Virus record (IMG/VR): IMGVR_UViG_3300009784_000001
Span: 214,418 to 278,417 of that record
Direction: 5' to 3' (one strand)
Length of the DNA stretch: 64,000 nucleotides
Origin: a virus
Taxonomy: Duplodnaviria > Heunggongvirae > Uroviricota > Caudoviricetes
The first letter of the stretch is position 1, and each line of letters starts with the position of its first letter. Shown here piece by piece: positions 50,371-61,536 of the stretch. The position numbers and the translations under genes were made by a program. The notes below the pieces were generated by a model. The model saw only the letters and a program-made list of their open reading frames with translations, had not been told where the DNA came from and made no database searches.

Positions 50371-52977
50371 ATGGAAATATTATTACCAACAGCAACCTCA
50401 ATAACTTCTCCTTTAAGTGATATGCAAATGGGTATATCACTTAATAGGGATTATAATGTAATTGATGAATTTGATATAAAAAATACAATTAATTTATATG
50501 ATCAATATGTAAAAGAAAGAAATGATTGTACATTATATAGATTAATTCTTACTATTGATCCTGTTTGTACCAATGTTTTATTTAATCCAGTAACTATTGT
50601 ATTAGATAAAAATAAAAATAGATTAGAAGATAAACCTATTTTATCTGGAACTACTGTTATTGGAGTTAATGATTATAATTATGTTACAGATGCAGTTTAT
50701 TGTCCATCTAATAATCAAACTTCAAATCCTAATATTTCAGCAAAAAAACCATATACTTATTATTGTGGATATAATATATTTGATAATTATTTATTTAGGA
50801 CAGAATTATTTAAAAGAGCAATAAAATTAGATGATATATCAAATAATTTATATGTTTATATAATGGATGATATTATATCATTTCCATCTGCTATTACTAA
50901 TTCTTTAATTGAATATGATGGTTGGGTTGGTTTTAGAAATCCATCAAAAATAATAACATATACTCAAGCTACTTCAACTTCTCCTTATACAAAAGAAACT
51001 TCTGCCCTTTCTTTTTTAGTGAATAAGAATAATTGTGATATAATTGATATGTTTCCAACTCGTGAAATGTTTTCATTTAATCCAATTGTTAGTGGTGAAA
51101 GTACTAATGGATTTTCGATGGAATATAATTGGAATTATATAATAACATATCCATTTGAATCATATTATGATCATTTTCTTGTTCAGAGTGATAATATAAA
51201 TGGTATTCCAATATTATATGTTTCTTTTTTGAGTGTTGGTGATACAGGGAATACATTTTCTATTCCAGTTTTACAAATTCAAACAGCATATAATAATGGT
51301 TTAAATTTTGATGATACAATTGAAATTGAAACTCAAACAATAAAGAGAACATATAAAGTAACAAAAATAATAGATAGTTATACTTTTAATGTAAGAAATG
51401 ATAATGTTTTAACCTTAACAGATTTTAATAAAAGTAGATTAAGAAGGATAGTTAGTGGTATAAGGAGTGAATATTATATTAGAAAATTTAGAAAACTTCC
51501 AAATTGGAAATTTGAATCAGAAGAGATTACTTTGAATAATATTGATGATAAATTAGGAAGTAATAATATTAATTTTACAAATTCATCATATGGTTTATCA
51601 TTTGCTAGTAATATATATGATGATAAAATAAATCAAACAGTATTTACAGATAGTTTAGACATAAAATATTTAACAGATAATCTTGGAAGACCATTAACTG
51701 AATTATATTTAACAATTATAAAGAATAGTGATAAAAATGCTACTTATCAACAATATTGGGGTGATATTTCTTCTGGCTTTGAATTACAGGATTTAATTGA
51801 TAATAATTTATGGTTTTCACCTGCTGATTTAAATACTTTTATAAGTAATTATCCTTCTATTTTTTATTTACATAATTTACAAAAAAATGGAGGAAGTAAT
51901 GTAGTTCTTCCAAGTTTGACTGCATCATTACCTTATATTTTAAGTGTTAATACTATAACTGTAAATACAGATACTACACAACCTATTTTAAAATTTCCAG
52001 TTTCTCCTAATTCGTTAGATTCTAATGTTAATGATATTGAAATATCTGGTGACATTGTTGAATTTAATAAGTATACAATGAATGAAATTGTATTAGCCCC
52101 TGTTATGTACAGATTTAATACTGCAACTAGAGAAAGTTTTGATGAAAGAGATAGAGTAATTAAATTTCATGAAATATATCAAGATGACAATGATAAAGGG
52201 TTAGATTCTAGTGGACATACACAATTAACTTTTCAATATGATGCTTTAGGTGGAAGATATTTTTCCAATACTATTAATAGAGATTGTGATGGAACTGGTA
52301 CATCTTCAAATTATTTTATATACAGAGGATTATTAAATGTCGGTCCAAGACCAGAGGGGTATTATTATCAAGCACATAATAGAATACCATTAAAAAATTG
52401 GTCAAATAATTTAAATCAAACTTCTTTTGCTTTGATAGATTTTAGTGAAATGAATGAAGAAGATTATTCATGGGTTAGAAATGGTACTTCTAATAGTTTA
52501 AAACAGATATGTTTTATTACAATTGCTATACATCATTTAATTTCTGAAGATTTAGTTAGAATAGAATGGGATTATAATAATAAGCATTATGATAAGATAT
52601 TTACAGTTAGAATTGATCTTAAAGATAAATATAAATTTTTGATTTTGTATGATGATACTTTATATAATGGAACTAATGTTCAAGTGAGATATTTTAGCTT
52701 AGATGTTCCTTCTTATTCTCAACATATTGGTAATGGAAGATATGTTTGGAAAAACATATTAGTAGAAGGTGAAAGAGAAGATATAAATACAACTTCTCTT
52801 GAACATGTTTTCACTAATGGTCATCTTTATCTTGATAGTAATATTAAATTTTATTTGAAAAGACAAGACCCATTTGGAGAACATGGAATGATTTATACTG
52901 AATTTCCAAATGATATATATGGAGATAAAATTAATCTTGAAAATTCTATTTATAATCAAGTAAATGAGCAATGTTAA
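50371..52977 (+). CDS. Putative baseplate/tail structural protein
   Basis: Large beta-rich ORF in the structural cluster (ER..C..YR, SEYYIRKF, DNLGRPLTELYLTI, LKRQDP). Confidence 0.65.
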   Translation: MEILLPTATSITSPLSDMQMGISLNRDYNVIDEFDIKNTINLYDQYVKERNDCTLYRLILTIDPVCTNVLFNPVTIVLDKNKNRLEDKPILSGTTVIGVNDYNYVTDAVYCPSNNQTSNPNISAKKPYTYYCGYNIFDNYLFRTELFKRAIKLDDISNNLYVYIMDDIISFPSAITNSLIEYDGWVGFRNPSKIITYTQATSTSPYTKETSALSFLVNKNNCDIIDMFPTREMFSFNPIVSGESTNGFSMEYNWNYIITYPFESYYDHFLVQSDNINGIPILYVSFLSVGDTGNTFSIPVLQIQTAYNNGLNFDDTIEIETQTIKRTYKVTKIIDSYTFNVRNDNVLTLTDFNKSRLRRIVSGIRSEYYIRKFRKLPNWKFESEEITLNNIDDKLGSNNINFTNSSYGLSFASNIYDDKINQTVFTDSLDIKYLTDNLGRPLTELYLTIIKNSDKNATYQQYWGDISSGFELQDLIDNNLWFSPADLNTFISNYPSIFYLHNLQKNGGSNVVLPSLTASLPYILSVNTITVNTDTTQPILKFPVSPNSLDSNVNDIEISGDIVEFNKYTMNEIVLAPVMYRFNTATRESFDERDRVIKFHEIYQDDNDKGLDSSGHTQLTFQYDALGGRYFSNTINRDCDGTGTSSNYFIYRGLLNVGPRPEGYYYQAHNRIPLKNWSNNLNQTSFALIDFSEMNEEDYSWVRNGTSNSLKQICFITIAIHHLISEDLVRIEWDYNNKHYDKIFTVRIDLKDKYKFLILYDDTLYNGTNVQVRYFSLDVPSYSQHIGNGRYVWKNILVEGEREDINTTSLEHVFTNGHLYLDSNIKFYLKRQDPFGEHGMIYTEFPNDIYGDKINLENSIYNQVNEQC

Positions 52978-52980
52978 TAT

Positions 52981-55107
52981 ATGGAAAGATATACAATAAA
53001 TAATTCAAATCCTCAAATAGAAATTAAAATTTATAATTTATTATTATATTATAATAATATAGATTATAATTTTTTTGAATTTTATTTAACTGCACCACAT
53101 TTATTAGTTGATAATACATTAATTAATGTTACTGATGAGGATAATATTGATGTTGCTTTAAATACTTCTGTATATTTAAGAAATCAGATAAAAATAGGTA
53201 TTAATGTTAATTTTGTATTAAAATGGAGATATATTGATGACAGTAATGAATGGCAAGACATAGGAACTGTTACATCAACACTAGTAGTAAATCATATATT
53301 ACCTGATTATGATTATATAAGTACTTTTTCAGATTATAGCATAGATTATCAAATAAATAATGGAATTGTTCAAATTAAAGAAACTCATAGTAATATATGG
53401 CAAAATTTAATAGATGTATCAGAAATAAATGCAATTGCTTCAAGTGGGACATTTTTATCTAAAAACTCTAATATAAGAAATGTACCTATTAATGATACTT
53501 ATTTAAGAATTTTTTCATTTGATTTAAATAGAGAAGTTAATATATTAAAAAGAGGATATAATGATGATAAAAGTGATTATATATTTACCACTGATTATTT
53601 CATGGATATTAATAATATATTTCTTGCTCAATTAAAAACAGGAGATAAATTAATAGCAACTTTAATACCAGATTTTTTAGACCCTGATTCTTTATTTTTA
53701 CCTAGTCTTACTGATCCAGATGGTTCAATTCCTTTAATGAATGAATATTGGATGAATCAGGATTGGTTTAATTCAAATATTGCAAGTTCTATTGAAGAAG
53801 GAAAAACATATAAAGTTATCCAAGGCAGTATAGTTTATAATGGAAATACTTATACTATAAATCAATTATTTCAAGGAACAAGTAATTCTTCTTTTGATTC
53901 ATTTTCAACAGATGCAGTAGTATATATTGTTAATAATCCAGATAATTTATATAATATAAGTGCAGATCCTGTTTCATTACTTCCTGCTCAAGAAATAGAA
54001 ACTGTTATTGTAAATGTTGATCCTCCTTGTGAAAGTGATTTATTTTACACTTTTACTATAACAAATTTAGCAGTATTAAATATTTTACCTGAAAATATTG
54101 ATATATTATATAAAGAAATAGATTTAAATACAGTTCATTTTTGGAAGGAATTTGGAAGTTATCAAATTGGAATTAATATGGAAACTAATTTCTCTATTAA
54201 TGTACAACAAAGTGATTTGATTGATAGAGATTTTTTTGAAGCTGAAATAGCAAAAGTTATAAATCCAATTATTGATAATGAAAGAATAAGATTTGAACCA
54301 TATTATCCTGATACTTCTCAACCTAGTGGATTTAGGAAGATAAATTGTATTAATTTTAGGTTAAAATTTGATGATGGTGATACAACTTATCCAAATACAA
54401 CAAAATGGGGTAGTTCTATTTTAAATTTTACAGATGAAGATGTTAAATATCAGAAATTGAGATTAAAAAATACATTTCTTAGATTAAGTTATTATAATAT
54501 GCAAAATCCAACTGTTCAATTATTAGAGCATTATAATACTGTTTTTGTTGATACAAATATGATGTATGCTGATTATGTAAATAATCTTAATAATATGAGT
54601 GGTATAAATCCAATAACTAATCAAGCCTTTATTGATGCAACAACAGGTCAACCAACAGGAGGATTTAATACTAGTTTTTATGTTTATAATCCATATATTA
54701 AAGAAATTGTAAGAGATGTCACTAAGAAAATTAATTATTCATATACTGGTTCATCAGAAGGATATTATATTTATCTTTTCGGGCAAGAATATAAAGATTT
54801 GATACCAACTGATATTTTTATGAAGATTGAATTTAATAATGCAATGACAGGAAAAAGGACGTTATTTTTTAATAGATCAACAACTACTGGAAGTCCTCTT
54901 AATAATGTTTTTTTTGATATTCCTGATAGCGTAACCCCTACAAGTTTGAATTTTGTTTATATTAAATTTTCAGTTGTTTATAATAAAATCTTAGACAAAT
55001 TTATATATTATCCAAATTCAAAATATATGGATAATACAGGTAAATGGGGCATATCAGTTAATAATGATATAATGACAATAAGCCTTTTTGAAGCAAATGT
55101 GCAATAA
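52981..55107 (+). CDS. Putative baseplate/tail structural protein
   Basis: INPIIDNE.IRFEP, FLRLSYY, EGYYIY, MKIEF.NA. Cluster context. Confidence 0.65.
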   Translation: MERYTINNSNPQIEIKIYNLLLYYNNIDYNFFEFYLTAPHLLVDNTLINVTDEDNIDVALNTSVYLRNQIKIGINVNFVLKWRYIDDSNEWQDIGTVTSTLVVNHILPDYDYISTFSDYSIDYQINNGIVQIKETHSNIWQNLIDVSEINAIASSGTFLSKNSNIRNVPINDTYLRIFSFDLNREVNILKRGYNDDKSDYIFTTDYFMDINNIFLAQLKTGDKLIATLIPDFLDPDSLFLPSLTDPDGSIPLMNEYWMNQDWFNSNIASSIEEGKTYKVIQGSIVYNGNTYTINQLFQGTSNSSFDSFSTDAVVYIVNNPDNLYNISADPVSLLPAQEIETVIVNVDPPCESDLFYTFTITNLAVLNILPENIDILYKEIDLNTVHFWKEFGSYQIGINMETNFSINVQQSDLIDRDFFEAEIAKVINPIIDNERIRFEPYYPDTSQPSGFRKINCINFRLKFDDGDTTYPNTTKWGSSILNFTDEDVKYQKLRLKNTFLRLSYYNMQNPTVQLLEHYNTVFVDTNMMYADYVNNLNNMSGINPITNQAFIDATTGQPTGGFNTSFYVYNPYIKEIVRDVTKKINYSYTGSSEGYYIYLFGQEYKDLIPTDIFMKIEFNNAMTGKRTLFFNRSTTTGSPLNNVFFDIPDSVTPTSLNFVYIKFSVVYNKILDKFIYYPNSKYMDNTGKWGISVNNDIMTISLFEANVQ

Positions 55108-55112
55108 ATCAC

Positions 55113-57113
55113 ATGGAATTAATTAAAAGAAATATAAAAATAACAGATTATCAATGTTTGAATACAGTCCAAAATGTAAAAGTATTCAATGGATTTTTGA
55201 ATTCTGATGGTTTATTAACTTCAGCATCATGGTCAAATAATATTCCAGAATATAATAATATACCTTTATATATTTTATCAAATGGTCAATGGATTATTAA
55301 TCCAAATTGTGATATTACACAAGAATTAACTTTTAATCCATTTGGTAGAGTTATGGCTGATTTTATATTACCAAAAGGAAATGGAAGTAATGGTATAACA
55401 CAATATAATCCATATTATTCAAATAATGATATTATTCTTCCTTATAGCCAGATTAGAAGAATGTACAATGATATTGTAAGATATCAAGATTTTATTACTC
55501 TTTTATGTCAAGAATGTAAGTTGGACATTGCAAATTTTATTACAGATTACATAGATTTGATAGATCAATATTATTATAGTGATGGCGATTTTTTATTAAA
55601 ATATTCTGCAAATCTTTTATTTACCAATTTACCAAAATACATACCATTAAGCACTGGGCAATCATCATTTTTGAACTATATACTTGCTGCATGTGGTACT
55701 AATACAAGTTATCCATTTGATTTTACTAATGATTATAGTTTACTTATTATATTTGGAAATACAACTAGTGTAAATAATTTTATTCATGAATATGTTTTAT
55801 TATCAAATAAAATTATGGTACTTATTGATTTGATAACAAATTATATATTAAATAATAATACTTCATTACCCAATGATTTAAGGGATACAAATTCAGAAGT
55901 AAGGAATATTGTTACAGGTTTTATATATGATAGTGCAATTAATTATTATAATTTATACAGTAATTGTAATTTTATAACTATTCCATTTTATACAAATTAT
56001 AATTATGTAATGGATAAAAATCCTACCATTTCAATTCCTATTTTAATTACTTCTGATTTTGAAGATTTAGGTATTTCATTTAATCCAGTGGAAGATTGGG
56101 TTCTAGGAAAGAGATATTATGTAGGGGATGTTGTTTTATTTAATGATTTTACTTATATTTTAAAAGATACAAATCCTTCTTCTTTACCTTTTGACAGTTT
56201 AAATAATCAATATTATTTCACAGGTGCATTAAATCCTTTAGAAAATATAATTTACTTTGATAATTTTAATAAAGATAGCAATGGTTTTACTACTTCATTA
56301 ATAATGAATGGAAATAATTATACACACTGGATTAGAAATGTTAAAAATAATTATTCTTCAAATGATGAAGAACTAGTTCAAGCAAGAATAGATAGTCAAA
56401 TAGCTACATTAAGATCATATAGAAAATCTTCATTCACTAACTTTTGGGATCCATTTGGCAATTTTAAAACTAATGTTTATTTTAATCAAGAAACATTTAC
56501 TGATAATAATGGTGTTAGTAGAATTTATCAAAGTTATATATCTGATGTGTATAAAAAAGATACTCTCACATTTTGGCACAATGGTATAGATGTAACTTCA
56601 TCAACAACTACTCTACAAAGTTTACAAGCATTAACAGATCTTTTTGGTTTTAATATTAATGAAATTGGGCATGATTTTGTTTTATATCAATATACAATTG
56701 ATGAAGCTATGGTAAATAATAAAGTAGTTAATAATGGTATACAATTTTCAGAAGTTTATCATAGATATAAAATTGATAATAATGGGAATTATGTTTATGA
56801 TTTTCAAGAACAACCATTTATTTCATATCAAATAAGTAATTCTAATACAATAAATAATTTTACTAGTCCTAATTTAGATAACAATAATATTTATTTGAAA
56901 GGTGAGCCAGAAATATTAAATTATGCACCTCAATCTAAATTAGAATATGAAAATAATATAGTTTTTTCTCCTTATGTTGAAAGTGATGTTTTTGTAGATA
57001 GGGGAATAAATTATGCATGGGACAAACATTTAAAGTTAAGTGAAATAAAAAGTCTTGCACAATTATACAGTTATAATAATGGGGGATTTTTTACAATAAA
57101 TAATAATAATTAA
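55113..57113 (+). CDS. Putative baseplate protein with a CBM5/12-like motif
   Basis: WVLGKRYYVGDVVLFNDFTY, and C-terminal SDVFVDRG. Confidence 0.6.
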   Translation: MELIKRNIKITDYQCLNTVQNVKVFNGFLNSDGLLTSASWSNNIPEYNNIPLYILSNGQWIINPNCDITQELTFNPFGRVMADFILPKGNGSNGITQYNPYYSNNDIILPYSQIRRMYNDIVRYQDFITLLCQECKLDIANFITDYIDLIDQYYYSDGDFLLKYSANLLFTNLPKYIPLSTGQSSFLNYILAACGTNTSYPFDFTNDYSLLIIFGNTTSVNNFIHEYVLLSNKIMVLIDLITNYILNNNTSLPNDLRDTNSEVRNIVTGFIYDSAINYYNLYSNCNFITIPFYTNYNYVMDKNPTISIPILITSDFEDLGISFNPVEDWVLGKRYYVGDVVLFNDFTYILKDTNPSSLPFDSLNNQYYFTGALNPLENIIYFDNFNKDSNGFTTSLIMNGNNYTHWIRNVKNNYSSNDEELVQARIDSQIATLRSYRKSSFTNFWDPFGNFKTNVYFNQETFTDNNGVSRIYQSYISDVYKKDTLTFWHNGIDVTSSTTTLQSLQALTDLFGFNINEIGHDFVLYQYTIDEAMVNNKVVNNGIQFSEVYHRYKIDNNGNYVYDFQEQPFISYQISNSNTINNFTSPNLDNNNIYLKGEPEILNYAPQSKLEYENNIVFSPYVESDVFVDRGINYAWDKHLKLSEIKSLAQLYSYNNGGFFTINNNN

Positions 57114-57123
57114 TTAAAATAAT

Positions 57124-58041
57124 ATGGCAGTAGGTTTAGTTGGGACAAAAACGATAGCAGTAGTAGATCCAGCAATTGATGTGGATGTTTATTATAGCTA
57201 TAGACCAACAAGAAATTCAATAGATAATACTTTTGGGAATGGTTTTATGAAGCATCCAAATCCAGTTGAAATGTTACAGACTGTTAATGTACAGGGTACA
57301 GCTACTTCATCAGTAAGTTCTACTCTTAATGGTGTGTATAATTTAAATTTACCTTTAACTATTTTTTCAAATAAGGGAATTTATACTATATTAATTGCAC
57401 CTAAAGAAATATATGGAACTATAACTGATTCTCCTTCTGTCTTAACTGCATATCCTTCTGTAAGAGGAGTTGTTATTAAAGCAAGTGATTTTACAGGTCT
57501 TGTAGTGCAAAATCAGGGTTTAGTTGGATGGAAAATTTCATATTTTGATGAGAATGGAAATAAATTGGATGATTTTAAAATTATAACAAGCAATGGTTTA
57601 GTAGAACCAGTAGCAACTAATTTATCTAATACAAGTCAAAAAAGTATTTCTTATAGATATAATGATAATTCAAATTTAATATTTTTGACAGTTAGCCCTT
57701 CTTCTGCACCTGTAGTAAGACCAAACGCTCTTCCATCTATTGGTGCAGTAGGGCAAACTATAAGTCTTTCAAATACAAAATTTAATCCTATATTAGTAGA
57801 AGTAGAAATGATAGATTCTGATAGTAGTACAATTACTGATTTATTATCAAGTGATCAGGCATTAAATTTGGATAATGGGATTTTAACAACATATAATATA
57901 AATCAAGATATTGTAAATCAAGTAGAGATATTACAGAAAAAGGATAGTTATACTGGTAGGGCAATATATGAAATTAGAAGAAATTTAAGAAATACTATTA
58001 ATAGAAATGAAAATTATCAAAATACATTCAGTGGGGTATAA
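57124..58041 (+). CDS. Putative virion structural protein
   Basis: Beta-rich ORF in the cluster (GVYNLNLP...KGIYTI). Confidence 0.6.
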   Translation: MAVGLVGTKTIAVVDPAIDVDVYYSYRPTRNSIDNTFGNGFMKHPNPVEMLQTVNVQGTATSSVSSTLNGVYNLNLPLTIFSNKGIYTILIAPKEIYGTITDSPSVLTAYPSVRGVVIKASDFTGLVVQNQGLVGWKISYFDENGNKLDDFKIITSNGLVEPVATNLSNTSQKSISYRYNDNSNLIFLTVSPSSAPVVRPNALPSIGAVGQTISLSNTKFNPILVEVEMIDSDSSTITDLLSSDQALNLDNGILTTYNINQDIVNQVEILQKKDSYTGRAIYEIRRNLRNTINRNENYQNTFSGV

Positions 58042-58065
58042 TTATTATAAAATAAATTAAAAAAA

Positions 58066-61000
58066 ATGCTAGAAAACAATAATATTTTAATATCAAGATC
58101 TTTATTTTCTAATAGACAAAGGCATCAAACATTAGATGGAAATATAAGTACAATTTTTGAAACTGATTATTCTACTATTCAAACAAATTTGAGACAAAGT
58201 GTAGATACAGGTAATTTTAAAATTATATTTAATACTGATTCAAATGCTTCAAAAAAATATGGTACAGGTAATTGGATACAACCATCCTTAAATAGTGGAG
58301 ATTTAATACAAGATCCAGATAATATATTTTGGACTTATAATGAGTTAGTGTTTGATAATGTACAAGATAATACAGATACATCAAATACAACTAATGATGA
58401 AGCAAAATTGAAATTAGATTTTTCTTTATTAACTAGTTTTGCTTATTTTGGCTCATTAATAGAATTAATTAGAAGTTCGGTTGAAAATATAATTGAAACT
58501 TTTCCTGGAAGTTTGTGGATAAGAGTAAATACAGATAATACAATTTATGAATTAAGTAATCCTTTTAACTTAGATTTACAAACAGAAGAAATTGATGCTG
58601 ATCCATTAAATTTTAAAATACTATCAAAACAATTTCAGAATTATGAAGTTGTTAAAACTGTATATTTTAATGGTTATTTGGAACCTTGTGGGATAGTTAA
58701 TTATAAACAGAATCAATTGGTAGATTGTAGATATGATATTAGCAGTATTGTTCAAACTTACTGGTATGTATATGTAAAAAGAGCAGGCTGGGCTGGTACA
58801 AACGATGGTAGTTTTACAGGTAATTTTTATAAAATACCTGATGCACCTAATTCTACATTAGATGGAAGTAATGCTTATTATCCTTATATAAAATTATTAA
58901 ATGTCGTTACTTTTAATTGTTCTAAAAATAATGATAGCACAGAATGTGATGTAATTGATCCAAATACATTAACTATAACTTTAAGTTATATATATAATGA
59001 TGCTAATGGAGAGCCTTGTACACTTTTAAGAATTGAAAGCAGAGTTTCAGGTAAAACTTCAACAGGTGATTCTCTTAATACCTTACCACCAGCATATCAT
59101 ATAAAACCTAAACAATCTTTTATTGATTTATTTTTTCAAAATTTAAATGATTTTCAATCAGTTTTATTGAGTACCTATACAAATCCAAGATATACTTCTA
59201 ATTTTAAAGTACCTGATGAAGATGAAACAGGAGTTCATTATGTAGATAACATATTTACATGGACAACACCTGATGGATGGAATATAGATGTAACTTCATT
59301 AGATTATGTTAATTTTATGGACAGATTAATAAATGCTGCTGAATTTTTTGATAATTTTAAAACAGACAATTTATATAGGATGCTCACTCATGATTCTATA
59401 AAGAATATGGATTGGTCATTTGAAAGAATTATAGATGAAATAAAAACACAAGAATATATAATAGGTGGAAGTAGAATAAATAAGATATTAAGAATATATG
59501 GAAGGGCTTATGATGAGTTAAAAAAATTTATTCGTGGAATTGAGGTTATGAATAATCTTTCATATGATGAAAAAGACAATTATCCAGATGTTTATTTAAA
59601 AGTCAATCTAGAATATGAAGGATGGAGATCATTGTCATTAGTAAATTCAGGTAACATTGGTAATATAACAAATAATTTATATTATGGGCATATAGAAGGT
59701 TATTCTATAAATGAGCTTGAAACGGAATTTTATAGAAGATTACTATTAAATTCTCCTTATATTACAAGGTGGAAAGGAACAAAACATGGTCTTGAAATGT
59801 TGATGAATTTATTTGGTATTGATAGAAATGATTGGGATATTCAAGAATTTATCTATGTTGCAAATGCTTCAAATTTTTGTGCCCCAAATGGCTGCAATAA
59901 TTTAAATTTATTTAAGGATCAAGTAAATATTACAAATACTCAAATAAAAGAAGGATATATATATCGAGTATTGGCTAATGTTGGGATTTCTTATTATGTA
60001 ACATATAATGCTGTTAATTATTATAATGGAGATTCATTTATTGGTGTATATAATGTTCCAAATTATACATCTACTGGTGGGGCGACAGTTTATATGGATG
60101 AATTAGAAAATTTAGCTTATCTTAATAAACAAAGAAGTTATACAATGAATGGAGCTGTATATTATGAAGGTGAATTATCAAATGAAAGTGAAGCAGAATA
60201 TGATGATCCTGATGATTTACATGATTTATGTGTAGAAAGATTTTATTATGGAAATTTTATAACTTGTCCTGTTTGCGGAACTTATGATTCAGTAACAAAT
60301 ACAGGTGGAGGAGTTACATTTATAGATGGTCAAAAGGCTATGTGTCCAAGATGTAATGGAACTGGTGTTATAAGAAAATTTTATGGGGTTCCTGTTTTTA
60401 AAGGAAATTCTGAAATTTTGTATTATCAACAATTTGGTGAATGGTATCAACAAACTTTTAGAAGTTTGAAAATGGCTAATACATTGGATGAATTATATAG
60501 ATTAAATAGAAGTGATTTAACAATTGGGGATGTATATTTTGTTAATAACAGTAATGTTATAACTGACATAACTTATTATTGGACATTGGTTAATCTTAGC
60601 TCATTTAATGATATAGAAGGATGGTTTAATATGACAAAAACTGGATATGATTACAGTATTAATAACCAAGATTTTGTTGGAGTATCTAATACAGTTATCC
60701 TTACACAAACTGGAAGTGGAAATAATGCTACAGGAATAGCTACGATTTCAATTGATGGTAAAATACTGGATGTTACACTTACAAGTGGTGGTTCAGGATA
60801 TACAGCAGGAACGATTCATGTTGCTCAAGGAACAAATTCAACAGCAATAGGAAGTATTGTGGTTAATAATGGGGCTATACAAAGTGTTACAATTACAAAT
60901 GGTGGAACTACTATTTACAATCCTATATTTCAAATAAATTTTTATATATTGGAAAATACAAAAGATATTACAGATGGAAATAATCCTCATGGCGGAGATT

Positions 61001-61536
61001 ATGATATGGGTATTTCTTATTTGAAAAATATAGGTTATAATATCACTACAATAAATGATGGCATTTTACCAGTAATACCTAATAATGGGCTATTTAAATA
61101 TGTAATTGATAATTCTCCTGAATGTATTCAAGATAAACCACAATATCTTAATATGATTGGTAAAGGTTTTATGATAAAACAAGTTTTGGATACTAAAAAA
61201 TGCTGGGGAGTATATAATAATACAGATAATAAATTGTCTATTTCATCTACTTATAATTTGTTTGCATTAAAAAAATTACCTTTTGTTAATATGGAAACAG
61301 AAACTGATAGAAAAAATTGTAATATATATAGATGGCAAAAAGGTATAAATATAAGAACTGTAGATTATAGTAGTATTAATAATTTAGAATTTTACAGAAT
61401 TATAAATACAAAAAATATAAAATTTACTTATAGAGCAAGTACTGATTATAAATTAAATGAATTTAATAATACAATTTTACATTATATTGAAGAAATGATA
61501 CCTTCAACAACAATAATTGAATTATATACACCTTAA
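58066..61536 (+). CDS. Baseplate wedge-like protein with a P2 gpI-type motif
   Basis: FAYFGS, RRLLLNS...KGTKHGLEMLMNLFG, C-terminal YIEEMIPSTTI. Confidence 0.7.
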   Translation: MLENNNILISRSLFSNRQRHQTLDGNISTIFETDYSTIQTNLRQSVDTGNFKIIFNTDSNASKKYGTGNWIQPSLNSGDLIQDPDNIFWTYNELVFDNVQDNTDTSNTTNDEAKLKLDFSLLTSFAYFGSLIELIRSSVENIIETFPGSLWIRVNTDNTIYELSNPFNLDLQTEEIDADPLNFKILSKQFQNYEVVKTVYFNGYLEPCGIVNYKQNQLVDCRYDISSIVQTYWYVYVKRAGWAGTNDGSFTGNFYKIPDAPNSTLDGSNAYYPYIKLLNVVTFNCSKNNDSTECDVIDPNTLTITLSYIYNDANGEPCTLLRIESRVSGKTSTGDSLNTLPPAYHIKPKQSFIDLFFQNLNDFQSVLLSTYTNPRYTSNFKVPDEDETGVHYVDNIFTWTTPDGWNIDVTSLDYVNFMDRLINAAEFFDNFKTDNLYRMLTHDSIKNMDWSFERIIDEIKTQEYIIGGSRINKILRIYGRAYDELKKFIRGIEVMNNLSYDEKDNYPDVYLKVNLEYEGWRSLSLVNSGNIGNITNNLYYGHIEGYSINELETEFYRRLLLNSPYITRWKGTKHGLEMLMNLFGIDRNDWDIQEFIYVANASNFCAPNGCNNLNLFKDQVNITNTQIKEGYIYRVLANVGISYYVTYNAVNYYNGDSFIGVYNVPNYTSTGGATVYMDELENLAYLNKQRSYTMNGAVYYEGELSNESEAEYDDPDDLHDLCVERFYYGNFITCPVCGTYDSVTNTGGGVTFIDGQKAMCPRCNGTGVIRKFYGVPVFKGNSEILYYQQFGEWYQQTFRSLKMANTLDELYRLNRSDLTIGDVYFVNNSNVITDITYYWTLVNLSSFNDIEGWFNMTKTGYDYSINNQDFVGVSNTVILTQTGSGNNATGIATISIDGKILDVTLTSGGSGYTAGTIHVAQGTNSTAIGSIVVNNGAIQSVTITNGGTTIYNPIFQINFYILENTKDITDGNNPHGGDYDMGISYLKNIGYNITTINDGILPVIPNNGLFKYVIDNSPECIQDKPQYLNMIGKGFMIKQVLDTKKCWGVYNNTDNKLSISSTYNLFALKKLPFVNMETETDRKNCNIYRWQKGINIRTVDYSSINNLEFYRIINTKNIKFTYRASTDYKLNEFNNTILHYIEEMIPSTTIIELYTP

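Noticed and set aside
46958-60850. Diversity-generating retroelement TR/VR pair
   Set aside because: There is no reverse transcriptase in the window, the nearest copies are identical, and differences to the distant copy include non-adenine changes.
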